From positions 1 through 43,550 of IMG/VR virus record IMGVR_UViG_3300017754_002612: 43,550 nucleotides of DNA. The stretch is one strand, 5' to 3'. Each line of letters opens with the position of its first letter. Position 1 is the first letter of the stretch. The stretch is from a virus. The position numbers were made by a program, and so were the translations under genes. Below the pieces are notes generated by a model. The model was not told the DNA's origin. It saw nothing but the letters and a program-made list of their open reading frames with translations, and did not search any database. Of this stretch, positions 15,645-25,393 are shown piece after piece.

Positions 15645-18061
15645 TACGCCTGACTCCGCTCTTTAAGGTTGCTGTCAGCCGACTCGCTAAACGACGCATC
15701 CAAGAGCTGCAAGGTTCCGGCTGGTTTTTCCTGTACCAGGCTGAACTGGATAAAGCGATTGTAAGACGATGGGACTGGCACGGCCACGACCACCGGGGAA
15801 AGATCAGCGTACACGGTATTCCCACTGATGGACGTGACACCATTGGGATTGGTGCCGCCGACAGGATTGGCGATTGCAGCCGGGGTTGTGCTGGAATCAG
15901 TGTAATACTGTACGCCAACTTCCGGTGCGGTCGTTTCGTTGACCTGTTCAAGCATGAGGTAATTCGGGCGACCGCGCGTGACCTTGTCCCCGGAGAGTGT
16001 GTTCCGGTCGGACAGGAATCGGGTCCGCACGCTGCCGATATACACCGCAACGCCTGCCGCTGGAGCCGTGGCTAAGGCTGACGCTAAGGTAATCGTGCTA
16101 CCGGCAGATACCGTGATGCGCCGTTCCTCACCAGTGGCCGGTAAGTAGGCGATAGCGCCAAGGCAATCGCCGGGGTTGTCAGTCAACTGGATGATCGTCG
16201 TCGTGCTGCCTGCGGTTGTGGTCATTGCGGTAGACGTGGAGCCAGTCGGAACACAGTCAGCAATCCCGGTTTGCTGCCAATTCCAGACGTAACCACCATC
16301 ACCGTCCGCGATGTACGGAGTGGCATTGGTGGCGGCAGTTGAGACGAGGGCAGCGGCATTCAGCACATTGCGGAAACGTTTGATAAACCAACGTTGGCCA
16401 TCAATGTCAAAAGCGATTGCGCCGCGTACGCCAGTATCTCCAAGTCGTGCGTAGTAGAACGTGACGCATCGGTCGGTCGGGTCGTAGTCGGCAAAAAACA
16501 AGCTCGACTGCGCAAAGTCGGCATCGGCACGCCAGAAGGGGTCAATTGGCTGGCTGATCCGTTGCGGAGAGATACCAGCCAAGCGCCAGATGCCAGTACG
16601 GCCAAAGCCGTAGACGGAATTGTCCACGCGCACGATGCATTGCTGATTGAATGCGCCGAGATCAGTAGGGATAGGCACCAGCATGCCGTTGGCGGGATCA
16701 AAAGTATAGACCAGACGGCGCATGGACTGGCGGCCACATAGATACAGATCGTCCTGGAAAGCGAAGAGGGCGGACGGAGAATCGAACGTGCCGTTCAAGC
16801 CACGCCGCGCCCATTCGTTGGCCTTGTACGATTCTGGGAAGTCTACTCGCGACCAGTACAGCATGTCAGGGACGGTGCCCTGAGTCGGCCCCCATGAGAA
16901 AGTGCGGCCACGGCATTCGGCTACGAGGCGGCAGACGGGCGGCACTTCGTGGCCGAAGCCGTCCGGGCCAGCATAGGAATTGGCTGCCAATTGAACTGAC
17001 AGCGTGCTGTCATTAATGGAGACGACAATGGCAGCGGTGGAGTTTGGGCCAACGGTGGCGCGGAAGTATTCAGATCCTGATGCCAGAGTGACTTCCAGCA
17101 GGATTGTGTCCACCGATGCGGTTGTTGAGGCAACACACACAGCGCTCAGCGTCTGACTGGTGCCAGCCGTAACCGAGGTGGAAGGGCTGGGGTTTGAATA
17201 CCGCTGCCGTACACTGTCGTAATAACGATAGCGAACGAGGTGCGTCCCAGCGGTAACGGACCCTGACCCAGTGGCCGTGACCGTGGGGGCAATGGCCGGA
17301 GCAGGGATGCCAGCCGCATAGCCCGTGGCATTCCCACGATCGACCACCTGCATGGCGTCAATGCCATTCTGGAGATAGAGCTTCCCAGCGCTAAATGCAA
17401 ATGTTGGTCCGTAAGTAGAATTGGTCAGGCCAGTCAACACATTCTGCGTGGCGAACGTCGCGAGATTATAGCTGGCTACGGTGGTTGAGGTGGTGCCAAC
17501 GAGCCAATTACCAGCCGGAAGCAAGGACGTGGGAGCATTGACAGTGCCAGAATAGGCCAGCCCGTTTCCTGTCAGCGTAGCGTCCGAGGCGGAAGAGGTG
17601 ATGCGAGTGATAGCCACTTCTCCAGCGGCATAGAAAGTCACCCCAGCGGCAAGAGTGATTTCTAGCATCAGTCTATCTACATAGGGCGGGAATGCGTCTG
17701 AAGTCACATCCCAAATAGCGTTTGCCGCTACTGTAAAGGTATACTCTACCGACGGCGGGCCATACATCCCAGAGATGGTGGATCGGAAGCGAGCGCGGAT
17801 CTTATGCGTGCCAGCGGTGACAGATCCGCCAGTAAGCGCAGCGCCAACAAAAATCAGTGTTGGAGCTGGTAGGCTTGGGTAATTGCTCGATGCGCTTTCC
17901 ACATACGATAGCCGATTCCACGGACCGCCAACCGCCTTCCGATTTGCCAACACGGGGCGACGCCGCATTTCCCCGTCAACCGCATAGCTGACATTTTCAA
18001 TGGAGGTGAAGCCGGAGCCAACCGCCGTCTTGTTCTCCTCCATGCCGGGCCACTGGCGCAT
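15644..18061 (-). CDS. Tail tubular protein B / nozzle-like structural protein (805 aa)
   Basis: Size and position match T7 gp12 (794 aa). Beta-rich sequence. No motif-level proof. Confidence 0.5.
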   Translation of the reverse strand: MRQWPGMEENKTAVGSGFTSIENVSYAVDGEMRRRPVLANRKAVGGPWNRLSYVESASSNYPSLPAPTLIFVGAALTGGSVTAGTHKIRARFRSTISGMYGPPSVEYTFTVAANAIWDVTSDAFPPYVDRLMLEITLAAGVTFYAAGEVAITRITSSASDATLTGNGLAYSGTVNAPTSLLPAGNWLVGTTSTTVASYNLATFATQNVLTGLTNSTYGPTFAFSAGKLYLQNGIDAMQVVDRGNATGYAAGIPAPAIAPTVTATGSGSVTAGTHLVRYRYYDSVRQRYSNPSPSTSVTAGTSQTLSAVCVASTTASVDTILLEVTLASGSEYFRATVGPNSTAAIVVSINDSTLSVQLAANSYAGPDGFGHEVPPVCRLVAECRGRTFSWGPTQGTVPDMLYWSRVDFPESYKANEWARRGLNGTFDSPSALFAFQDDLYLCGRQSMRRLVYTFDPANGMLVPIPTDLGAFNQQCIVRVDNSVYGFGRTGIWRLAGISPQRISQPIDPFWRADADFAQSSLFFADYDPTDRCVTFYYARLGDTGVRGAIAFDIDGQRWFIKRFRNVLNAAALVSTAATNATPYIADGDGGYVWNWQQTGIADCVPTGSTSTAMTTTAGSTTTIIQLTDNPGDCLGAIAYLPATGEERRITVSAGSTITLASALATAPAAGVAVYIGSVRTRFLSDRNTLSGDKVTRGRPNYLMLEQVNETTAPEVGVQYYTDSSTTPAAIANPVGGTNPNGVTSISGNTVYADLSPVVVAVPVPSSYNRFIQFSLVQEKPAGTLQLLDASFSESADSNLKERSQA

Positions 18062-19542
18062 TAGGTTATCCGCGCATTGTAACGAAGGTTGTCGAGCGAC
18101 GAGCCGCTACCACCGAGGCCGATGCGTGCAGTGGTCGAAGTGCGATCCTGTTGCGCGGCGCGGCTGTATGCTTCCTCAAAAGCTGCAAGGCAAGTCTTGC
18201 GGTCGCCAGCGACACAGGTTCCACGGGCGGCAACAGCGTAATCAATGGCTCGCTCCAGGACTTCCAGGCGCAACGGATCCCAATCGGCAGTGTCCGAATC
18301 GCTGACCAGGCGAGCCGGGGCGCGGTAATAGAGTAGGTTGACCGCAGAGGTGGTAGTCGAGTAGGGCCAGATGACGATGCGATCGCGCTCGATAGACCAG
18401 AGGCTGATGCCGCTGCTACCCAGCACCCAAGTCTGCTTGTTCATCTCCAGCAAAGCGCGGGATACGGGGTCAGGGCCCCAGATCCAGTACTGCGAGCGGA
18501 TGACTTCACTGATCTTGCGGCAGTCGCTGGGCAACGTGATTTGCATTTGCGCCAGCGTGTAGGACAGGCCGGTTCCGGTATTGCCCTGGAATGGCTGTGC
18601 CAGGGTCAGGGCGGTACCTGAATCACGTGTCAGGATCTTATACCAGACGCCATCAGTCAGGAGGATTTCGGCATTGGTCGCAGCCCATGAAGGCCACGTA
18701 CCACTGGTCAGGGTGACGGTGGCAGACAGGTTGGTGACCGCAACGGTGCCGGTCTGATAGGCGGCATTGAGTGCCACCCCGCCAAGCGTGAGATACCACG
18801 GATCCGGCATCGGCTGGGATGCGATGAGGTAGAGGGCGTCATCCACGGCTTCACGGACTTCCGTGTCAGCCTTGGTGCCAACGTGGTCCTGGTACTGACG
18901 CCGGGCATAGCCCCAGAGCGCCGATGCGGTAACGCCAGACGCAGTGATAGTGCCGGTCAAGCTGAGGTCAGCGCCAGATCCGGTTGCAGTAGATCCGGAA
19001 ACAAGGATGGTTCCTTGCGCAGCAGTATAGCTCGATTTTTGAGCAACTACCGTATAGGTACCGGCCACATCCATGGCAATGGTGCCCCATAGGCCGTTGG
19101 TGTCCGTAATCTGCTGCGTCAGGACAGTGCCAGTAGGCCGCGTGACGGTTACCGTTGCGCCTGCCAGTGGCGAGCCGCCAGACATGACACGCAAGTTGGA
19201 GGCGGATGCAGTAAACACCGCAACTGGCTGATTAAACCCGCCTTGTACTTGGTAGTAGGCCGGAGTCACATCATACGTGGCAATCCAGCGGTTCGTTGGG
19301 CTTGCCGTTACATAGACAACAAGGTCGTAGATACCTGCCGTTGCGGGGAAGCCAGTCGCTCCATTGATGTCGATCTTATATTCCCAATCCGTTACGTAAG
19401 TGACCGTGATGCCGGTATTGGCAACAGCCACGCCATTCTTATAGACCAACTTGGTAAACGACCCATCCGCAACGGAAGCCGTCGAATACTGGAAAGAATC
19501 GGTGATGGCAACACCTACGGGCTTGGCTGCGGGAGGTGGCAT
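18061..19542 (-). CDS. Adaptor / tail tubular A-like structural protein with an N-terminal Ig- or CarboxypepD_reg-like extension (493 aa)
   Basis: Lies between the capsid cassette and the nozzle-like gene. The segment ATVTVTRPTGTVLTQQITDTNGLWG resembles carboxypeptidase-regulatory-like beta-sandwich domains. Confidence 0.35.
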   Translation of the reverse strand: MPPPAAKPVGVAITDSFQYSTASVADGSFTKLVYKNGVAVANTGITVTYVTDWEYKIDINGATGFPATAGIYDLVVYVTASPTNRWIATYDVTPAYYQVQGGFNQPVAVFTASASNLRVMSGGSPLAGATVTVTRPTGTVLTQQITDTNGLWGTIAMDVAGTYTVVAQKSSYTAAQGTILVSGSTATGSGADLSLTGTITASGVTASALWGYARRQYQDHVGTKADTEVREAVDDALYLIASQPMPDPWYLTLGGVALNAAYQTGTVAVTNLSATVTLTSGTWPSWAATNAEILLTDGVWYKILTRDSGTALTLAQPFQGNTGTGLSYTLAQMQITLPSDCRKISEVIRSQYWIWGPDPVSRALLEMNKQTWVLGSSGISLWSIERDRIVIWPYSTTTSAVNLLYYRAPARLVSDSDTADWDPLRLEVLERAIDYAVAARGTCVAGDRKTCLAAFEEAYSRAAQQDRTSTTARIGLGGSGSSLDNLRYNARIT

Positions 19543-19648
19543 CGTTGGTCATTCGTCCTAGAGAAGTGGATGCGGGGACCGGAGTCGAGCCGGTGTCCTC
19601 GGCGCATGAAGCCGATCAGGTAGCCCTACCTTGCCCTCCCGCAATGAA

Positions 19649-19676
19649 GCCGGGGTAATCTAGTGACTACCCCGGC
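19649..19676 (-). terminator. Stem-loop after the capsid/decoration genes (partial terminator)
   Basis: GCCGGGGTA (19649-19657) and TACCCCGGC (19668-19676) form a 9-bp stem with a 10-nt loop, 7 nt downstream of the stop at 19683. Only a weak U-tract (TTCATT) follows on the minus strand. Confidence 0.5.
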
Positions 19677-19682
19677 AGGTCA

Positions 19683-20189
19683 TTACGCGGGGAGAGCCGC
19701 GATCACGGCCACGGTCGAAGCGCCGGCAACCGCAGCGCGGGTGTAGGCGATCGAGGTGTCCGAGGTTACCGTGGTGTCATCCAAGCCGTTACCGGCATGG
19801 ACAGCAGCACGGACGTTGGCCGCAATAGCACCAACACACAGAGCCAAGCACGGTCCCTGGAAGGCGACCCAGAAATACGTGCCGGAGGCAATCGAAGTGG
19901 TGCCAGTCGGCACAACCGCGAAACCAGCCACAATCGCACGATCAGCGGCAGCGCCCGAAAGCGTGCCAACCGTGTAGTTGTTGGTAGCGGAGTAGCTGAC
20001 CGGCGAACCAGGAACCACTGAAATGGTGGCCGAGGCTTTCACCAGACGCAGGTTGGTAGTGCCAAGAATAACCGTACTGGACGGCACGGTACCGAGGAGG
20101 TTATCCACCTCGGTCACGGTGCCCAGCAGGCCTTCGAGGGATGCATCGGTGGAGGTCTGCCCCACCGTAAGCGGTTGAATATCAGACAT
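19683..20189 (-). CDS. Head decoration / cement protein candidate (168 aa)
   Basis: Start taken at MSDIQPL, because the track start at 20276 overlaps the capsid gene. G/A/T/V-rich beta-type protein immediately after the major capsid gene. Confidence 0.4.
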   Translation of the reverse strand: MSDIQPLTVGQTSTDASLEGLLGTVTEVDNLLGTVPSSTVILGTTNLRLVKASATISVVPGSPVSYSATNNYTVGTLSGAAADRAIVAGFAVVPTGTTSIASGTYFWVAFQGPCLALCVGAIAANVRAAVHAGNGLDDTTVTSDTSIAYTRAAVAGASTVAVIAALPA

Positions 20190-20218
20190 GGGATAATTCT
20201 TTCGTAGTGGGTGGTTAA

Positions 20219-21430
20219 TTAGGCGAAGTTGTACGCAGCGCCGTGGTAGAACGGGTTGCCCCACAGGTTTGCGCACAGGACAGCAGCCGCGAGGTGGCCA
20301 CCTTGCTTGATGTCGTAATCCGAACGAACGCTGAAAATCTCGGTCCCTTCGCCAGTGCCGGTTTCAATGGCCCCCTGCTGGATGATCGACTTCTGGGGGA
20401 AGTAATCGAACTCCAGGTAGTTGGTGTTCAGGAAGTACATGACGTTGGCAGGCATGCTCACGTCCCACACAATTTCCGCGTTGCCGTAAGGAATGCGGTT
20501 GTCCTTGTACAGGCGGGCATTCGGAGCCTGGCTTTCCGCGCTAAACACCACGCGGCCACCAAGGCCACTGGGCCCACCAGAGATGAAAGCCTGCGAGATG
20601 TCGGTGAACATCGTACGGGTCGCCAGGATCAGGTCCACATTGTCCATCGCTTCAGGCGAACGGGCAAGGCGGTTGATCGTGTGATCGAGCACGTTCAGAC
20701 AGGTGCTGCGGAAGGTCGCAGTGCCGGTCCAGGCGGTCGAACTCCAGTTGACCAGCACGGGGCTGGTGGCTTCCGGGGTCTTATTATCGACACCGGCAAT
20801 GGGGCTGGTCGGATGGGTGCTGATGCCGCAATAGCTGACGTTGGGCAGCGCCTCGCGGTCGGTGGCACCGATGTTACCAGAGGTGGTCTGCGTGTCCGAA
20901 TTGTAGTTCTGGGCGGTAGCACCGTAACCAAACATGGTCGGAAGACCGAAGATCGGCACCGGCGAACCGGCAACAGCGGCCTGGCCAAACACGACGTTGG
21001 CACTAGCGTTGTTGCGGAGAAGATCGGTAACGATGTCCTTGCGGAAGTCGTCAGCCATGTTCTTCATCATGACGGCGTTCAGCTTGACGAGCGCCTGCTC
21101 GCCCGAGTTGAAAACCACGTCCTGCTCACCGATGGCACCGGTGACTTCCTTCCAGGCCCACGGGCAGGCCCAGGTGACGCGCTGCTGCCTGCGAGCGAAC
21201 TGACGCTCGACCAGATCGGCACGAGTGGTGGACTGGAACTGGCCGACGCGGGCATTGCGTTCGAAGAACTTGCCAGCGGCATCAGCCTTGATGTTGCCCT
21301 TCTCGTCGAGCTTGGAGAGGAGGACGTTGTGCTTCTTGGTGTTGTCGAACTCACCCCGCATGAACTGCTGGGTCGTTACAACGTCGACGATGGACGAATA
21401 GTTGTTATTGGTGGGAGCGGCTGCGGGCAT
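20219..21430 (-). CDS. Major capsid protein
   Basis: 403-aa ORF directly after the scaffold-like gene and bracketed by terminators. Size is typical of HK97-fold coat proteins. Confidence 0.7.
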   Translation of the reverse strand: MPAAAPTNNNYSSIVDVVTTQQFMRGEFDNTKKHNVLLSKLDEKGNIKADAAGKFFERNARVGQFQSTTRADLVERQFARRQQRVTWACPWAWKEVTGAIGEQDVVFNSGEQALVKLNAVMMKNMADDFRKDIVTDLLRNNASANVVFGQAAVAGSPVPIFGLPTMFGYGATAQNYNSDTQTTSGNIGATDREALPNVSYCGISTHPTSPIAGVDNKTPEATSPVLVNWSSTAWTGTATFRSTCLNVLDHTINRLARSPEAMDNVDLILATRTMFTDISQAFISGGPSGLGGRVVFSAESQAPNARLYKDNRIPYGNAEIVWDVSMPANVMYFLNTNYLEFDYFPQKSIIQQGAIETGTGEGTEIFSVRSDYDIKQGGHLAAAVLCANLWGNPFYHGAAYNFA

Positions 21431-21441
21431 GATTGACTTTC

Positions 21442-22500
21442 TTAACGGCGATTAGCCGCGTTGATTTTTTGGAGTTGGACAGAAAACTCTTCGGTTCCCT
21501 GTTTGAAGCCCTTGGCGATGAGATGCGCCACGGGGTCACGGATCGGAACTGACGTTCCACGGGCGGTTGCCGGACTGCGGGGTCCGCGTGACAGTGCGTC
21601 ACGTTGCGCCTCGGAATGCGCCTGAGTCTCCATCTGAGTGCCAAGTTTGGCCTTGAGCGCATCCAATTCGGCCCGCATACGGGCGAACTCCACAGCCTTT
21701 TCACGGGCTGGGATTTCCGGGTCCAGCATGCGCTCCATGTCGGGGGCATACTTATCAAGCAGCTGGTTATTCGTGGGATCAGACAGCCAGTTTTGAGCGG
21801 CCATCTGGGTTTGCTGGAACTGCACAAACTGCTGAATCTCATTGCGAATCAGGGGAGTGACCTGTTCTGCAAGGAATCCACGAGGGTCAGATTGCAGCTG
21901 ATAGTTCAGTTGCTTGGCGTCTCGCTCAGCTTCTTGGATCAATGCAATGTCTTCAGGAGTGAAGTCATCGGCATAGAGTTCCTGCACCATGGCCTTCTTT
22001 TCAGGGGTATCAGCCCTGGCAAGTTTGGCCCGGAAATCCTCGGCCTTAGAACGCAGCTGCTGAAAGCGGCTGTGCTCCTGATGGCCAGAGTTCCACGGTT
22101 TGAGACGGGCGGCTTCTTCCTGCTTCTTACGTTCTGCCATGATGGCGCGTAATTCGTCAGGCTTGCCGAGTCCGTCATACTGCTTGCGGACTTGTTCCGC
22201 TTCAGCCTTCAGCTTCTGGGCATAACTCTGGAGGTCGCCATAGCGACGCTTCCAGTCATGCTCAGGTTGGGCTGCACCAGCGGCTTCCGGATCAGGGGAA
22301 GTCGGCGTGGCGGATGCGGCATTGACTACCGCCCGATCAGGGGCAGCAGCAGACGCGGCATCAGAGGCGGGGGATGCGCTACGTGTCTCAGATTGAGAAG
22401 GAGCGGGTGGAGTGGCGGTAGAAACCGCGTCCGGAGTTGGCGAGGCCGTGGACGTAAGGGAGGTAGCTTCCGCGCTCCCGGTATCAGTCATGGTATCCAT
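21442..22500 (-). CDS. Scaffolding protein candidate (352 aa)
   Basis: S/T/A/P-rich N-terminus followed by long charged helical sequence. Lies between the portal and capsid genes. Confidence 0.6.
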   Translation of the reverse strand: MDTMTDTGSAEATSLTSTASPTPDAVSTATPPAPSQSETRSASPASDAASAAAPDRAVVNAASATPTSPDPEAAGAAQPEHDWKRRYGDLQSYAQKLKAEAEQVRKQYDGLGKPDELRAIMAERKKQEEAARLKPWNSGHQEHSRFQQLRSKAEDFRAKLARADTPEKKAMVQELYADDFTPEDIALIQEAERDAKQLNYQLQSDPRGFLAEQVTPLIRNEIQQFVQFQQTQMAAQNWLSDPTNNQLLDKYAPDMERMLDPEIPAREKAVEFARMRAELDALKAKLGTQMETQAHSEAQRDALSRGPRSPATARGTSVPIRDPVAHLIAKGFKQGTEEFSVQLQKINAANRR

Positions 22501-22556
22501 AATGGGTCCTTGGTGAAAATCAAGACGTTTATGTATAAAAATTGGACATCATATGA

Positions 22557-22589
22557 CAAAAAAATATACAAACATGCGTGTTTGTATAT
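22557..22589 (-). terminator. Rho-independent terminator before the scaffold/capsid cassette
   Basis: On the minus strand: ATATACAAACA-CGCA-TGTTTGTATAT (perfect 11-bp stem) followed by TTTTTTTG, directly after the stop at 22591. An AT-rich promoter-like stretch follows (TTGTCA, 16 nt, TATACA). Confidence 0.75.
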
Positions 22590-22590
22590 A

Positions 22591-22809
22591 TTAGCCACAT
22601 AATCTAAATACGATTCGTTCTATGCACCGGGCTCCGCAGACGTGACAGGCTGGCAACGGGGTGCTGTCAGCATTACTTTGAATAAAGCCGGAATGCTCCA
22701 TGCCGCATCCGCTACAAACCACGGCATCGTACCGGGTCTGTTTTAGCGTGAAAACCCGATGGACGAGGTCGTCGCGAGTCACCGATTTGTATTGATCGTT
22801 AAGCCTCAT
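22591..22809 (-). CDS. Small zinc-binding protein (72 aa)
   Basis: CSGCG(x21)CHVCGARC four-Cys arrangement. Confidence 0.55.
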   Translation of the reverse strand: MRLNDQYKSVTRDDLVHRVFTLKQTRYDAVVCSGCGMEHSGFIQSNADSTPLPACHVCGARCIERIVFRLCG

Positions 22810-23080
22810 CTAGCACCCCCCATCCCTTTTTGGCTGCCTTGGCCTTGGCGTCATCAACCGAGGTGACGTACTGCTTGAGTTGATGATTGAATCGACCCTT
22901 GCCTCTGTTCTCGGTATGAAAATCGTTGAGGTCGGGGTAGGTCATTGCGCAGGTGCGAATATCACGCGTACACCTGCCGCCGCATTTGATGCAATCAGAT
23001 ACTTGATCGCGGTTGGCGATGGTCTGGAAATACTCCTGCTCTAGGCCGCAGGTGAGGCAGACGCTCTCGAATGTGGGCAT
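22799..23080 (-). CDS. Zinc-ribbon protein, FmdB-like N-terminus (93 aa)
   Basis: MPTFESVCLTCG(x18)CIKCGG resembles the FmdB/CxxC-CxxC ribbon. Confidence 0.55.
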   Translation of the reverse strand: MPTFESVCLTCGLEQEYFQTIANRDQVSDCIKCGGRCTRDIRTCAMTYPDLNDFHTENRGKGRFNHQLKQYVTSVDDAKAKAAKKGWGVLDEA

Positions 23081-23083
23081 ATA

Positions 23084-24916
23084 TTATGCTACTGGTTGTC
23101 CGGTGGGTGGTTGCACGACAGGAGGAGGAGTGGTGCGCAACATTTGAGCAAGCTGCTTGACCTGTTCGACCATTTCGGCATCAGCGCCGATGAGCCGCAG
23201 ATACGCAGCCTGCATCTCAAATCCGAGCGCCTGCATCTGCGGATTGACGGATTGCACCAGGGTCGGGATCAGCTGATTCGACATTTCCTTGAAAGCCGAC
23301 ACCTGCGTATCCGAGTTGGGCTTTTGCAAGCTATCCGGCTCAATGTCGTACTCGGTTTCCCGTGCCCATTTGGTCAGGTCTACCGCGTCTTTCAGCTTCT
23401 CCTGGACCATAGCCATGGCTTCTTCAGGAGGGAGTCCACCCTGGACAAGCTGGTCCATCCAGATTTTGCCATTGGCCATTTCCGGCTTGATGAGGAAGCC
23501 CCAGGCTTTACCAGCCTCTTCGCCCATTACATCGGTAATTTCCTGGCGACCCAGGAGATACCGAGCGCCCAGCGCTTCCTTGCGCGCCACCTCGCCCTGC
23601 CAGCGAATGATCTGGTCGCGCATGAAGTTGATGCGGGACTGGCTATTGCGGTCCTTCATCGTGGCGTCAGTAGCAGAGCGAACCTGGGTCGGGGTCTCGC
23701 CGGCATAGAGGATGCCGTACAGGCCAGTCGATTTTTCGTACCGTTCTTGGAACACAGACATCATCTGCATGGATGCGCCGATCCATTCATTCGACCAATC
23801 GAATTGCTGGATGAAGTCCTGGAGCCGTTTTTGCTCGCCATTCACCTTGACGGATATGGCCTCAATATCATTGCCCATGAGGACTTTATCACGGTCAGCA
23901 TCGCCAATTCCCTGCTCATTCTGATTAACCAAGGCGAGCGTTGTACGCGAGGTAAAGCGGTACTTGCCCATCATCAGGGTCATTAGCCAATTGATGGCAC
24001 GTTGATAGCCGAGCCCGTCAGCGAGTGGCGATACCGACCACGATCCTTCCGGATGCTGGTAGTAATCCAGCAACGAGCACGGGAATGCGTTGTCGAGGTA
24101 ATACGGGATTTCCCAATCGCCCGACCAGAGCAATTCGCCCTGAGCTGATACCACATACTTCTGTGGGCGATCCACTACGGCTCCGGCCTCTGCCAGGTCT
24201 GATCCGCCTTCAAACGAAGTCAGCGGCAACAGGCTGTAGCACTCGTAGTATTCGACACCTTCACCCGATAGAGTGTTTTCCTCGCCTGGAATCAGGAGGT
24301 TCGCCTGCCAACGCTGCGTGCATTTGGGCAACGCTGCGATCTTTTTCTGCGCTTCCGGATACTGCGCATATTCCGCTATCGCTTCAGCGCGCAGCTTGAC
24401 GCAGCGACGCCAGACGCGGGTGCAGCTGTCGGGAGACAAAGCATCGCCATCAACCCACAGGTTCCGCACGCTGTCCTGGGTCGATACGATGACGCTTTTC
24501 TTGGTCGGGTGCCGATGCGTCCAGACCACGCCACGACCCCAAGACAGGGAATCATCAATGGCCCGGCGCGAATTGCCAAAGTAATCGTACTCGCTGGGAG
24601 TGTAGTTCAGGTACGATTCAATAAGGGAAGCCTTGGCCTGAAGCTGCTGGTCAGCCCACGGCTTGAGCGACACCGTGCGATGTGGGTTATTCTGGTACAG
24701 GTACGGCCCGAAAACCTTGATAGCCTCGGCTGTAAGCGCGACCTTGGCCCGGAAAAAAGCCTGTGCTGGCAGTGTCTGGTATTCAAAGCCATAGTCAGGT
24801 GCCCATCCGTAACGGGCTATCTCTAGCCCCTGAGTGGCGAATCGCTTCTTGGCCCGCTTATCGGAGTCCAAGAGGCGCTTGAGGATTGCGCCCTGCGTAT
24901 CTCTTGGATTTTTCAC
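23084..24916 (-). CDS. Portal protein candidate (610 aa)
   Basis: Size and position (upstream of scaffold and capsid) fit a portal. No motif-level confirmation. Confidence 0.55.
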   Translation of the reverse strand: MKNPRDTQGAILKRLLDSDKRAKKRFATQGLEIARYGWAPDYGFEYQTLPAQAFFRAKVALTAEAIKVFGPYLYQNNPHRTVSLKPWADQQLQAKASLIESYLNYTPSEYDYFGNSRRAIDDSLSWGRGVVWTHRHPTKKSVIVSTQDSVRNLWVDGDALSPDSCTRVWRRCVKLRAEAIAEYAQYPEAQKKIAALPKCTQRWQANLLIPGEENTLSGEGVEYYECYSLLPLTSFEGGSDLAEAGAVVDRPQKYVVSAQGELLWSGDWEIPYYLDNAFPCSLLDYYQHPEGSWSVSPLADGLGYQRAINWLMTLMMGKYRFTSRTTLALVNQNEQGIGDADRDKVLMGNDIEAISVKVNGEQKRLQDFIQQFDWSNEWIGASMQMMSVFQERYEKSTGLYGILYAGETPTQVRSATDATMKDRNSQSRINFMRDQIIRWQGEVARKEALGARYLLGRQEITDVMGEEAGKAWGFLIKPEMANGKIWMDQLVQGGLPPEEAMAMVQEKLKDAVDLTKWARETEYDIEPDSLQKPNSDTQVSAFKEMSNQLIPTLVQSVNPQMQALGFEMQAAYLRLIGADAEMVEQVKQLAQMLRTTPPPVVQPPTGQPVA

Positions 24917-24922
24917 GGCAGA

Positions 24923-25213
24923 TTACCCGACTACCAGGATGTCAACGGTAGTGCCAGCGACCGAATACAGGTAGAACGTGCTATCTGCGTTTACCGGCAG
25001 CGTCAGGCCCTGCGATGCGCCCTGGACGGTCAGGCCGTCAGTGGCAGCCTGTCCAGCCGTCGAATGGTAGAGCACGTTGGCCAGCGGCACGATTTGCAAC
25101 ACCACAGTGCCGCTCTGTCGCGAGGTGCGCACAGTCAGCGCAATCTCAGAGGTCGCGCCAATGGTTTGACGGGTGATTTTCTGCCCAAGCGCATTGCAGG
25201 TGATGTCCGGCAT
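24923..25213 (-). CDS. Hypothetical structural-module protein (96 aa)
   Basis: Beta-rich ORF with TAAGGA upstream. Confidence 0.6.
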   Translation of the reverse strand: MPDITCNALGQKITRQTIGATSEIALTVRTSRQSGTVVLQIVPLANVLYHSTAGQAATDGLTVQGASQGLTLPVNADSTFYLYSVAGTTVDILVVG

Positions 25214-25222
25214 GATGAATCC

Positions 25223-25393
25223 TTACTTGTAGTTACGAAGGCCAGCTGATGGGGATACGACGCCGAGGCGGCGGTAGGGGGTGAGGCCGGGGGTGACACG
25301 CGGGTCGAGGAGGCCAAGACCGCTCTCAGGCGGGATAACAGGGCCGAACCACACGCCGAACCAAGACCCGTTCCAATGGCTGAACCAGCTCAT
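25223..25393 (-). CDS. Small Trp-rich protein (56 aa)
   Basis: Hand-translated: MSWFSHWNGSWFGVWFGPVIPPESGLGLLDPRVTPGLTPYRRLGVVSPSAGLRNYK. ATGA overlap with the stop of 25390..26979. Confidence 0.45.
   Translation of the reverse strand: MSWFSHWNGSWFGVWFGPVIPPESGLGLLDPRVTPGLTPYRRLGVVSPSAGLRNYK

Noticed and set aside
20243-21436. 397-aa plus-strand ORF spanning the whole major capsid gene in antisense
   Set aside because: The translation is Arg/Gly/Val/His-rich and has no protein-like pattern. Long stop-free antisense frames are expected opposite GC-rich genes. The minus-strand frame has the capsid-like sequence, a ribosome-binding site and operon context.
21604-22152. 182-aa plus-strand ORF and the 145-aa minus alternative frame (21405..21842) in the scaffold gene
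   Set aside because: These are alternative-frame or antisense artefacts within a continuous scaffold-like ORF, and they lack start signals.
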